Positions 1 to 11,891 of a DNA stretch of 64,000 nt are shown piece after piece (within the stretch, counting starts at the first letter, position 1; each line of letters starts with the position of its first letter). The notes beneath the pieces are model-generated. The model saw only the letters and a list, made by a program, of their open reading frames with translations. It was not told the origin of the DNA and ran no database searches. Source of the DNA: the human T2T-CHM13v2.0 reference genome, Homo sapiens; assembly GCF_009914755.1 (NCBI RefSeq), contig NC_060928.1. One strand, 5' to 3'. Both the position numbers and the translations under genes were made by a program.

Positions 1-3000
1 ATAGAGCTGAAAAATACACTACAAGAATTTTGTAATACAGTCACAAGTATTAGCAGCAGAATAGATCAAGTGGAGGAAAAAAATCTCAGAGCTTGCAGGT
101 TGACTCTGAAATAACTCAGTCAGCCAGAAATAAAGCAAAAACAATAAAAAAGAATGAACAAAATATCAGAGCAACATAGAATAATATGAAGAGACCAAAT
201 CTATGACTTATTGGTGTCCCTGAAAGAGCCAGAGAGAAAGCAAGCAACTTGGAAAACACATAATCTTGAGATTCTCTAGTATCAAAATAAAAGAAAAAAA
301 TGTCAAAGGCAGATAGAGAGAAAGGTACGGTCACCTACAAAGAGAACTCCATCAGGCTAACAGTGGACCTTTCAGCAGAAACTCTACAAGCCAGAAGAGA
401 TTGGGAACCTATATTCAACATTCTTAAAGAAAAAATTTCCAACCAAGAATTTCATATCCAACTAAAATAATCTTCATAAGTGAAGGAGAAATAGAATCCT
501 TTTCAGAGAAGCAATGTTGAGGAAATTCATTACCACCAGGCCTGCCTTAGAAGAGGTCCTGAAAGATGCTCTAAATATGGAAAGAAAATACTCTTACTAG
601 CCACTACAAAAACACACTTAAGTACACAGACCAGTGACACTATAAAGCAAGCACACAAGTCTGCAAAATAACCAGCTGAAAACATGGTGACAGGATCAAA
701 TCCATACATATTAACACTAACTTTGAATGTAAATGAGCTAAATGCCCCAATTAAAAGGCCCAGAATGGCAAACTGGTTAAAAAACCAAGATGTATTGGTA
801 TGCTGTCTTCAAGAGACACATCTCACATGCAGTGACACACATAGGTGCAAAATAAAGGCATGAAGAAAAATCTACCAAGCAAATTGAAAACAGAAAAAAG
901 CAGGGATAGTAATCCTAATTTCAGACAAAATAGAATTTCAACCAACAAGAATTAAAAAGACAAAGAAGGGTATACATAATGGTAAAAGATTCAATTCAAC
1001 AAGAACATGTAACTGTCCTAAATACGTATGCACCCAACACAAGACCACCCAGATTGATAAAGTTCTTGGAGACACAAAAGGTGACCTATATTGTCACACA
1101 ATAATAGTGGGAGACTTCAACAATCCACTTACAGTTTTAGAACATTGAGGAAGAAAATCGACAAACATATTTAGGAGCTGAACTCAATTCTTGACCAAAG
1201 AGACTAAATAGACATCTATAAAACTCTTCACCCAAAACAACAGAATATATATTCTTTTCATTGCCACATGGCACATACTCTAAAATCAACTACACAATCA
1301 GACATAAAACAATCCTCAAATATCTTAAAAAATTGAAATAATACCAACCACATTTCTCAGCCAATGGCACAGTAAAAATAGAAATCAATACAAAGAAAGT
1401 CACTCTAAATCAGAAAATTACATGGAAATTAAACAATCTGCTCCTGAATGACTTTGGAGTAAATAATGAAACTGAAGCAGAAATCAAGAAGTTCTTTAAT
1501 AGTAATGAAAACAAAAATAAAACATACCAGAATATCTGGGGCACAGCTAAGGCAGTATTAAGAGGGAAATTTATAGCAGTAAATGCCTACATCAAAAAGT
1601 TAGAAAGATCTCAAATTAGCAACCTAACATTGCAGCTAGAAGAAATACAGAGGCGAGAGCAAATCAACCCCAGAGCTAGCAGAAGACAAGAAATAACCAA
1701 AATTAAAGCTGACCTGAAAGAAACTGAGACACAGAAAACCATACAATAGATCAAGAAATCTAGAAGTTGTTTTTTTGAAAACTAATAAAATAGATACACC
1801 ACTAGGTAGAGTAATAAAGAAGAAAAGATAGGAGACCCAAATAAACACAATTAGAGTTAACAAAGGGTACATTACCACTGACCCTGCAGAAATACAGAAA
1901 GAAAAATCAAACACTGCTATGAACACCTCTATGCATACAAACTAGAAAATCTAGAAGAAATGGATAAATTCCTGGACACATACACCCTCCCAAGACTAAA
2001 CCAGGAAAGATTTTAATCCCTAAACAGGCCAATAATAAGTTTCAAAATCAAATCAGTAATAAAAAGTCAACCAATCAAAAAAAGTCAGGACCCAACAGAC
2101 TCACAGCAGAATTCTACCATGTGTATAAAGAAGAGCTGTTACCATTTCTACCAAAATTATTCGAAAAATACTGAGGGAGGAGCTCCTCTCTAGCTCATTC
2201 TATGAGGCCAGCATCATTTGGATACCAAAACCTGACAGAGACACAACAAAAAAAGAAACTTCAGGCCAATATCCTTGATGAACATTGATACAGAAATCCT
2301 CAACAAAATACTGGCAAACCAAATCCAGCACACATCAAAAAGCTTATACACCATGATCAAGTAGGCTTTATCCTTGGGATAAAGGATGGGTCATCATATG
2401 AAAATCAATAAATGTGATTCATCACATGAACAGAACTAAAGATAAAACCCACATGATTATTCCAATAGATGCAAAAACAGCTTTTGATAAAATTCAATAT
2501 CTTTTCATGCTAAAAACCCTCAATAAAATAGACATTGAAGGAATATACTTTAAAATAATAATAGCCATCTGTGACAAACCCACAGTCAGCATCACACTGA
2601 ATGAGCAAAAGCTGGAAGCATTCTCCTTTAAAACAAACACAAGGATGCCCTGTCTTACCACATGTAGTTAACATAGTATTGACCAGAGCAATCAGGCAAC
2701 AGAAAGAATAAAAGGCATCCAAATAGGAAGAAAGAAAGTTAAACTATCCCTGTTTGTAGATGCCATGAGTCTATATCTAAAAAACTTCATCATCTCGGCA
2801 CAAAAGCTCCTTCAGCTGATAAACAACTTCAGTAAAATCTCAGGATACAAAATCAATTGCACAAATTATTAACATTCCTGTACATCAACAACAGTCAAAC
2901 TGAGAGCCAAATCAGGAGTGCAATCCCATTCACAATTGCCACAAAAGAATAAAATACCTAGGAATACTATTAGATCTCTACACTTAGAATTACAAAACTC

Positions 3001-4037
3001 TGCTCAAAGAAATCAGAGATGGCACAAATGGAAAAAGTTTCCATGCTTATTGTTAGAAAGAATCAATATTGTTAAAATGGCTGAACTGCTCAAAGCAATG
3101 TGCAGATTCAATGTTATTTCTATCAAACTACAGATGACTTACTTCATAGAACTAGGAAAAAATATTTTAAAATTTATATGAAAGCTACAAAGAGTCTGGA
3201 TAGCCAAGGTAGCCCTAAGCAAAAATAATAAAGCTGGAGGTATCTTGTTGCCTGACTTTAAATTATACTACAAGTCTATGTTAACCAAGACAGTCTGGTA
3301 CTGGTTTAAAAAACAAAACAAAACATATAGACCAATGGAGCAGAATAGAGAGCCAGAAATAGTGCTGCACATCTAAAATCATTGGATCATTGACAAACCT
3401 GATACAACCAAGCAATGGTGAAATGACTTCCTATTCAATAAGTTGTACTGCAATAATTGGCAAACCATATGCAGAAGATCAAAACTGAACTCCTTCCTTA
3501 CACCAGATACAAAAATCAACTCAAGATGGGTTAAAGACTTAAATATAAAACCTAAAACTATATAAACCCTGGAAGATAAAAGTCAATACCATTCAGGAAA
3601 TAGGAATGGGCAAAGATTTTGTGACAAAGACACCAAAAACAATTGCAATAAAAGCAAAAATTCACAAATGGGATCTAATTAAAGAGCTTCCACACAGCGA
3701 GAAACTATCAACAGAGTAAACAGACATCATACAGAGTAGGAGAAAATATTTGCAAACTCTGCATCTGGCAAAGGTCTAATATCCAGAATCTATAAGGAAC
3801 TTAAAGAAATTTACTAGCAAAAACCAAACAACTCCCTTTAAAAGTGGGTAAATGACATAAACAGACACTTTTCAAAAGAAGACATGTATTTGGCTAAAAA
3901 GCATATGAAAAAATGCTCAACATCACTAAACATTAGAGAAATGAAAATCAAACCAACAATATGACACCATCTCACACCAGTTTGAATGGCTGTAATTAAA
4001 AAGTAAAAAAAAACAAAAAACAAAACAACAAAAAAAA
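1..4037 (+). mobile_element. Decayed LINE-1 (old L1PA/L1PB-type): 3' part of ORF1 and most of ORF2, ending in an A-rich tail
   Basis: L1 ORF1-end sequence, ORF2-like start at ~684 (ATGGTGACAGGATCAAATCCA). ORF-track fragment 2414-2671 ([27 protein letters not shown]) matches the L1 RT region. Many stops and frameshifts. Confidence 0.93.
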
Positions 4038-4556
4038 CTTTGACTTTAGACAGCCATAGGGAATACCTTTTTGCATTGTATTACCTGGCTTCTTTCAGCC
4101 ACCTACATCTAAATGTTGAAATCTCTTGCTACACTTTGGAAATTTTCATCTATTATTTCATTAAATAGGTTTTCTAATCTTTGTTTCTTCACCCTTAGTA
4201 ATACTGACAATTTGTTTATCTTGTCATGTTATGTTGTCCCAAATGTCACAAAGGCTTTGCTCTTTCTTTTTTATTATTTTTTGTTTACTTTTGTCTGACT
4301 GGATTATTTCAAAAGACCTATCTTCAAGTTCTAAGATTCTTTCTTCTGCTTGGTCTAGTCTACTGTAGACCCTTTCAAATGTATTTTATATTTCCTTTAA
4401 TGGATTCTTCAATTCTAAACTTTTATTTGGTTCTTATTGAAAATATCTGTTGCTTTGGTAAATTTCTCATTCATATTCTGAATTTTTTAAGTATTTTTGT
4501 GTTATTTTTCAGAATTCTCTTGAATATCACTGAGTTCCCTTAAAATCAATGTTTTT

Positions 4557-4845
4557 GGCCAGGCATTGTGGCTCACACCTCAGTACTTTGGGAGGCTGAG
4601 GTGAGTGGATCTCTCAAACTCAGGAATTTGAGACCAGCATAGGAGACATGGTGAAACCCTACCTCTAAAAAAAAAATTAGCCAAGCATGATGGCACATGC
4701 ATGTAGTCCCAGATAGTCACCTCACCCAGGAGGCTGAGGTGAGAGGATTACTTGAATCCAGGAGGTGGAGGTTGCAGTGAGCTGAGATCACACTTCTGTA
4801 CTCCAGCCCTGGGCAACACAGTGAGATCCTGTCTCAAAAAAAAAA
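4557..4845 (+). mobile_element. Alu (AluJ-like)
   Basis: GGCCAGGCATTGTGGCTCACACC start, dimer with A tail, TSD-like AAAATCAAT(G/A)TTTT on both sides. Confidence 0.92.
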
Positions 4846-4919
4846 TCAATATTTTGAAAAAAACAATATTTTGAATTCTTTATTGGGAAATTAAATTTTC
4901 TTTTTGATTAACATCTATT

Positions 4920-5215
4920 GGCCAGGCATGGTGGCTCACGCCTGTAATCCCAACACTTTGGGAGGCCTAGGCTTGCAGATCACCTGACGTCAGGAGTTCA
5001 AGACCAGCCTGGCCAACATGGTGAAACCCCATCTCTACTAAAAATAAAAAAATTAGCTAGGCACAGTGGCACATGCCTGTAGTCCCAGCTGCTGGGGAGG
5101 CTGAGGCAGGAGAATTGCTTGAACTCAAGAGGCAGAGCTGCAGTGAGCTGAGATTGTGCCACTGCATTCCAGCCTGGGCAACAGAGCCAGACTCCATCTC
5201 AGGAAAAAAAAGAAA
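4920..5215 (+). mobile_element. Alu (AluS-like)
   Basis: Full dimer, TSD-like AA(C/G)ATCTATTG on both sides. Confidence 0.95.
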
Positions 5216-7259
5216 AGATCTATTGCTGGATAATTAATGTGTTCCTCTGGAGGTGTCATATTTTCTTGCTTTTTGTGTTTCCAGCGTGCCTACATTGATG
5301 TCCACACATGTAGTACAACAGTTGCTTCTTCCATTTTGACATTTACTTTTAGTAGAGGAGGACTGTTTTCTGGAGATGTATCTATGGTATTCAGTGGGTA
5401 GGGCACTTTGGCTGTGATTCTGGGTACACAGTAGCATAGTCTCTGGGTGATTTATTTGGCTGTAAACAACATTAGTAGTATTTGTGATTTCCTTCGTGAG
5501 TTAGGGTGCAGTCATTAATGGAGATTGGTGAAATTTTGCTGTGGACTAGTATGTTTTGTGGGCCAGTCTTTAGGCCACAGCGGTGGTAGCAGTTGGCTGA
5601 GTATGCCTATCTTTATGCCCTAGGGAAGTGCACACTGCTACATGTCTTGGTTTTTACCAGTGTGTTAATTCTTGGGCCTCTAGGCAGCATGCTTGGAGGC
5701 CAGTAGTGGCAATGGTAGATCAATAGGTGGGCAGGTTCTCAGGCCTCTAGACAGTTGACATGACATGGGCATTCATAGTAGCACTGGAGAGAAAATTCTC
5801 TGGGTCCCTAGCAGTGTGTGTTGATGTTGGCAGTGGCTACAGTGGGCTGGGTGCACTGGTATCCAGGCCCACAGCATATCCATTTGAGAGGTAGGTGCCA
5901 CCTGAAGGGGTAGCAGCTAGGAGTTTAGACCACACCCCAGGCCCCTGAAAGAGTTACTTAAGTTCCCAGGGTGGTGGATTGGGTTGGACAGTCTCCAGGA
6001 CCCCAGGCTATGTGCTTTGTTGAAGAGGTGGTGGTGCGGCTAGGTTGGATAGCTTGTGCTCAGGCACCCTGGTGGTGAGAGTAGGCACTAGCCATGGGGG
6101 GCAACAGGAGAGCAATTCTTAGGTCCCAGGCAGAGTGTATGGGGCACGGGTAGAAGCAGCTTTGTTGAGGGCTTGCCACTGAAGAGGGTGAGGCATCCCT
6201 CTGGTCACATCCTTGTGCTGGCAGATGGGGAACATGCAAGCCCTTCAAACCCTAGTCCTTATGGGATTTGCCTCCCCTACCCTGGCTTCAAGAGCCCTCA
6301 CTCAGCTTGCAACCAAGTCCCAGCAGCAACTTTCCCTCACCTCGTGACCCCACCTCAGATCACTCACTTCCTGGCACTAGTTGCTGCCTCTCAGGCCTAG
6401 CTCATTTCCTAGCCCTGGCAATGAGAGTGATCCCTACTTGCTCTCCTGTCCCAGCAGTGACAACCCAAGTTTTCATAACGCCCCAGTCCCAGCACTGCTG
6501 GGTCCCAGGATAGCATGAAGTTGGCAGAAGCTAGTTGCTGTAGCCACTTATCTCTCAGAAAGAATGTGGAACCTAGTGTGAGCTCCCTCGCTGGAGCAGT
6601 TCCATCCCACAGTCTCCTGGCTGGTCGTCATGTTAGTTTCAGGGTTTGGGAGGGTCAGAGGGCTCTTTCATGGCGAGGATTATACTATTTCACAGTGGGG
6701 ATATGAACTGCTAGAAGTCTATTACTTGCCCCTTCTTTGCATTAGGAAGTCACTCCCAGCTCCTAGCCTAACCTGGGAAAGGAGGCTGCCTCTTCTCCTC
6801 CTTCCTCTCAGATTTTAGTTTCTCCTGTTACTTCTCTGTTGAATTCCAACATCATCTCTTGGATAATGTACTCATACTGTCACTGTCTATATACTGCTCT
6901 GGTTTTTCTAAGTGGAGGAGGCAGGCATAAAGTGGTTTTAGTTAGCCATGATAAACTCCCCATCAACATTGTGGTTTTGGTATTTGATTTTCTTTTATTT
7001 GTTACTGTAAGTGGAAAACACCACCTTGGTCTATCATGTTAAAATCTTCTTAACTTGTTGTCTTCTTTTGATTGTGGTTCTGTGCAGGAGAAGTTCTTGT
7101 TGGTTGTGTTCTCAACAGGTTGCTTGCTAGCTCACAGATTGTGGCTGTCACTACTGGAAATGTTATACGCTCTGGTGGTGAAACTCCAAGGAAAGAGAAT
7201 AAAAGTCCTATTTACTTATTAGGTTCCAATTCTGAGTCAGAATCCATGCTGTGTCCTAT

Positions 7260-7400
7260 TATAAGTGTGATGTATTCCTTTCAAGAGCCCTATGAAGTGG
7301 ACATTATTGTCCTTATTTTGCAGATAAGGAAACTGAGGAGACTTGGGGTCACACAGAATCAAAGTTGAGATATAACCCAAACTTACACAAAAGCTCACTA
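7260..7400 (-). mobile_element. MIR fragment
   Basis: MIR core ATTTTGCAGATAAGGAAACTGAGG. Confidence 0.7.
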
Positions 7401-7894
7401 GGCTAGTGCCAGCATCTATAGGACTAAGAGGGAAAAGAGCCGTATGAGAAGAGGAAATAGGTATAAAACAGCTACTTAAGTCCATTAATTGTGAACATGC
7501 TTGCTTTTTATCTAAGTCTTCCTAGAAATCAATGTATTTTTAGTCCTCTATTAAGTTGTGCATTAGGAACCAACTAGAATGTACATGACTGAAGTAGATG
7601 GGTAATGAATATAAATTGTAGCCCCAGCTAAAAAGGACTTAGAATCCCAGCAGTCCAGACAATATCCTGTTTGGAGTGACATCTTTACCACAGAAGCTAT
7701 TTTTCATGGGTTTCCCAGACTCCAACCCTAGATCAGGGATGGAGATTGAAATTGAAGGAAGACTACAGACCAGGAGATTTAACTATCCAGTTGGTCCTCA
7801 GCATCCTGTTCTTACTGACTCCCCCATGCATCTTGCTTGAAGTGTGGACTCCAATATGGACCATCAGAACCTAACCTTTTAATCAATGAACTAG

Positions 7895-8100
7895 ATTAGT
7901 GCTTTTAAACTACACATCATGACACATCAGTGGATTATAAAATAATTTTATAGAGTTGTGGCCAACATCTTCTAAAAAGTGGAATATGGTAGGATAGGAT
8001 AGGATAGAAAATAAAATATCAGGATGCATAGTACAAAACAGGTATAAGTATTGTATTGTAAACTCATTTTATGTGTGTGTGAGTTTATATGTATGTAAAG
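7895..8100. mobile_element. hAT-Charlie-type DNA transposon relic (related piece at ~48730-48870)
   Basis: Resembles Charlie4/MER80-type consensus from memory (..GATAGAAAATAAAATATCAGGATGCAT..TAAGTATTGT..). Confidence 0.45.
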
Positions 8101-8929
8101 GTGTAGAAAAACATGCATACATTCATACACACATAGATACAGTGAATATAAATATACACAGGACTATATATGTATAAGTGAATGCAATATCACATGAGTT
8201 AGCTATTTGTTCTCCAGCCAAGGAAAACATTTTATATTACCCTGTAACATGCTTTCATACTCTGAAAATTTGGACAGGAATGCTCCCAAACTAATAGCAA
8301 TATAATTAAGTAAATTACTAAGTGTTTTCTTTATGGTGTGTACAAATAAATACTTTATTAGAAGTTAGCAGTTCAACTTGTAAGGATATCAAATGACTAA
8401 TATTTTCAAAAATAAAAAAATTGAGTGGAGAAAATACAGTTTATGAAAAATATTTTTATTTCTTCTATATTTTCTGCTCTTTGTAATAAATAAGAATTGT
8501 CTTTTATAAAGAGAAAATAGGGATACATATTTAAAACCAACTAAACCTTCAATGTTCTATACATTACAGAAGAAGCTATTTTTACCACAGTCCTTAGAAG
8601 AAAAAAATGAAAAATTACAAAAATGCAGAACAGCTTCCAAGAACAAAATATCCTTTGGTGGTTTGGTTTTATTGATAGAGCCCATGACTAAGCAGTAAGT
8701 GTCTAGTTTGTGGACATTTTCTGATGACTGCTTACAACTCACAGGGAGTTTAAGTAAATTTAAACTTTATCACTCCATGACTGTTGAAACAACAACAGGG
8801 AGTTTCTGTGTGACTTGAGCTTTTCCCAGGAGGAAAGGCTTCTTCCCATGCCCTTGCTGATAAAGGTGGCAACTTGAAAGTGTTCTCAGTATAGTTAGAT
8901 CAAGGTAATTCTTAAGCAGTAACTTATGA

Positions 8930-9050
8930 GGCACCAGCATTCCAGCACTGATTGACTTTGGTCCTCATGATCATCTATAAAGTAGCCACTCATAATATCC
9001 CTGTTTCACAGATGAGGAAACTAAGGCACAGAGGGAAAGTGAGTGTGACA
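8930..9050 (-). mobile_element. MIR fragment
   Basis: TTTCACAGATGAGGAAACTAAGGCACAGAG core. Confidence 0.7.
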
Positions 9051-9822
9051 CAGTGTAGAGTGCCATGCTAAGGACTTTGGATCTTGAATGATTTATGCAG
9101 GGGAGTGAAATATTTCTATCTGTGTTTGGAAAAATAATATGGGTAGCAGTGCATAAGTTGTATTATAGGTGAAAAATACCAAGGGGGTGAAAACTAGTTG
9201 AGAGACCATGCTTCACTCTCTCTCTCCATTCCAGCCCTGCAGAACTATGAACTGTTGTCCAAACATGCAAATGACTGAATTATCTAGTGTCTTTTTACAT
9301 ATTATTCTTCTGGTGACAGTTCCTGTCTTCCCTTTGTCCCCCTGGCAAATTCCTCCGCCCCCTTCAAGAGCTAGTTCATGGAACAATTCCTGTCTGCAGA
9401 ATCAGCTAACATGCCACTTGCCTGTGTGAAAGGCAGCACAATGTGAAAGCAAGAGGAGGGAGTTGAGAGTCAGACTTATCCGCTCAGCCTCTCCCAAGCT
9501 GTGTCCTCCCCGAGACTGTCAGCTCACCTCTATATTGGGAATAATACTCTCTAACTTGCAATGTGGGTGTGGGAATTTTAGATGATATTCTGGCATTTCC
9601 TAAGCATCTATAAGTTATGTTTTTCTTAATTAGTTTGTCATCCTAAAAACCCACCCTTTCCACCACCACCAAAGAGATTGAATGGCACCATGTTCTATTT
9701 TCTCTTAGGATTTTTATCCTATGTCTACACAAACATTGTCACCTTGGGTAAAAATTACATTAGCTCATGAAAAATGACTGCAGCTTTCTCATTCCACAGC
9801 TAGATTCTGCCTTCTGACCCAT

Positions 9823-10326
9823 TGTGGTAGGGTGAATAATGCCCCCCACCCTTGAGATCCCCATGCCCTACTCTCTGCAACCTATGAATATGTCATTTAG
9901 TATGGCAAAAAAGTCTCCACAGATGTTTTAATGTCCAGAGATGGAAATGGTTTCTGGATTATCCAAGCAGGTCCAACGTATTCACAAGGCTCCTTATGAG
10001 AGGTAGGTAGAGTTAGAGGCAGAAAGGTCAGAGGAGAGAGGGGAGATGTGACAATGGAAGCAGAGGTTGGAGTGATGCAGTTTGAAAATCAATGGAGGGC
10101 CCATAAGCTAAAGAACGTAGATGCCTCTATAAGCTGAGGAAGGAAAGGAAATAGATTCTCTTTTAGAGCCTTCAGAAGAAACACAGCTATGATCATACTT
10201 TGAGTTCAGCATGTTCAACCCACTTGGGACTTGTGACCCCCCAAATTGCAAGATAATACATTTGTATTGTTTAAGCCACTGAGTTTGTGTTGATTTGTTA
10301 CAGAAGCCATAGGTAACTAATATACC
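9823..10326 (+). mobile_element. MaLR solo LTR (MLT1C/D-like) just downstream of PF4
   Basis: TGTGGTAGG..AATAATGCCCCC start; TTGTTTAAGCCACT..TTTGTTACAGAAGCCATAGGTAACTAATATAC end. Confidence 0.85.
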
Positions 10327-10487
10327 AACACTGCAACAACTTCCTTTCTCCCCAGAGTAGAGCAGTGCCTTCCTGAGGGATGAATAAAAACATCATCTAG
10401 TACGTCTCCTTGTTTCCAGAATTTGTGGGCATAAAAACAGTCTTATTTATTTACTTAATTTTTTAAAAGCCATCTGTGTTACTGATA

Positions 10488-10493
10488 TTTATT
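10488..10493 (-). terminator. PF4 distal polyadenylation signal AATAAA (a proximal one lies at 10729-10734)
   Basis: TTTATT on + strand ~360 nt past the PF4 stop codon. Confidence 0.6.
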
Positions 10494-10851
10494 GGCAAAG
10501 GTAATAATAATGGTCAAGGTAAATATGTAGCTATAAAGTACTGCAATCATGTAAATGCATGAATATGTATCAGCCAACATGTAACACCAAGCATAACCAG
10601 TATTCACACCTTCCTTCAAAATACTTTTTGCTTAAAATACCGGAATTTTTTTCTTCCATGAAATTGTTATGTGTCAACACAATTTTTGCACTATTATTAA
10701 GAAGTATTTTGACTATACTACAACTTGATTTATTTTGTTTATTTAAAATCATAAGGATAACACAAATATCAGAAGTTCTTTCACAGTTAGATTGAAACTG
10801 GAAAAAAGAAGTATGCTATATAGCAAATGCACACACGTAGGCAGCTAGTAG

Positions 10852-11601
10852 CTAACTCTCCAAAAGTTTCTTAATTATTTTCTTGTACAGCGGGGCTTGC
10901 AGGTCCAAGCAAATTTTCCTTCCATTCTTCAGCGTGGCTCTGGCAGGGAAAAGAGAAGAGATGTGACTTTCAGTCCTTGGGTTTGCAAATGGCATTAGAA
11001 GGGGGAGGGTTGGGCAGAGGAGGCACGGAGCGGGAGCACTGACAGATGCAGTGCAAGGACTCACATCAGTTGGGCAGTGGGGCAGTGGGGTCCGGCCTTG
11101 ATCACCTCCAGGCTGGTGATGTGCCTGGGACGGACCTGGGAGGTGGTCTTCACACACAGGCACTGCAGGTCCCCATCTTCTTCAGCTTCAGCTGAGGGGG
11201 AAATGGAGAGGGTAAGAGAGGACGAGGGGAGGGAGTGGTGACTCCATGAGTAGCCAGAGGTACTTTAGGGACTTTTTCCACTACCTTCAGCCTTCTTTTC
11301 CTTACCATAAATCACACCTCCCCCAGACAGAAGTTGTTCTAACCAGGTGGGAGGTGCAGGTGCAGCGCCTGGCACTGTGGCCAGACACTCAGCAGGCTCT
11401 CCGTTAAGTGTGGCTGTGATCATGATCCTAGAGGATTCCTCCCCAGCCCCAGGGCTTCCCGGACTCCCCCTCGCCGCTGCCAGCCCTCACAGCCTGGCTT
11501 CTGCTCTCACCGCTGGCGAAGGCGACCACAAGTGGCAGGAGCAGCAACCCCAGGAACAGCAGCCCGGGGCGTGAGGCGCAGAACCCGGCTGCGGAGCTCA
11601 T
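10852..11601 (-). CDS. PF4: Platelet factor 4 (CXCL4), 101 aa; exons 11601-11511, 11191-11065, 10939-10852
   Basis: Spliced translation [105 protein letters not shown] introns, 91+127+88=306 nt. C-terminus [14 protein letters not shown] distinguishes it from PF4V1. Confidence 0.99.
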
Positions 11602-11689
11602 GCTGCGGCAGAGCTTCCAGCAGGATCTCAGTGCTCAGTGCGATGGGAAACTCGGGCTGGGTCTCTGTGGCCAATGACTCCTGAGCCTC

Positions 11690-11780
11690 GCCGGCACGTT
11701 TTATTCCCGGCTGTCCTTCCAGTCCGGAAGCCTGAAGTGGACACCGAGGAACTGCGGTGCGGAAACTAAGATAGTACTGG
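11690..11780 (-). promoter_or_regulatory. PF4 proximal promoter
   Basis: TATA-like AATAAAA 11705-11699, ETS CCGGAAG 11724-11730, RUNX TGCGGT 11753-11758, GATA AGATAG 11769-11774: a megakaryocyte-type motif set. Confidence 0.8.
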
Positions 11781-11811
11781 GAAGACTTGGGTTCTGGCCA
11801 GCCAAGATTAC

Positions 11812-11812
<1 letters not shown>

Positions 11813-11870
<58 letters not shown>

Positions 11871-11891
11871 GAAAGAAAGAAAGAAAGAAAA
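11813..11891. repeat. A44 run followed by (GAAA)n, i.e. a T-rich tract on the PF4 sense strand
   Basis: Directly visible, about 110-190 bp upstream of the PF4 TATA-like element. Confidence 0.95.

Larger units (their letters stand above)
4038..6960 (-). mobile_element. Old L1M-type element, 5'UTR/ORF1 portion in reverse orientation, interrupted by two Alus
   Basis: T-rich antisense ORF1-like sequence, then GC-richer 5'UTR-like sequence. Reverse complement of the end (ATCATGGCTAACT) resembles the L1 5' terminus motif AAGATGGCTGACT. Confidence 0.7.

Noticed and set aside
10852-11163. 103-aa ORF ending in the PF4 C-terminus
   Set aside because: Out-of-frame exon 2 plus intron 2 running into exon 3, with a non-ATG start; an unspliced read-through artefact.
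10852-11601. Could be PF4V1 (CXCL4L1)
   Set aside because: Leader and C-terminus ([13 protein letters not shown]) are those of PF4.
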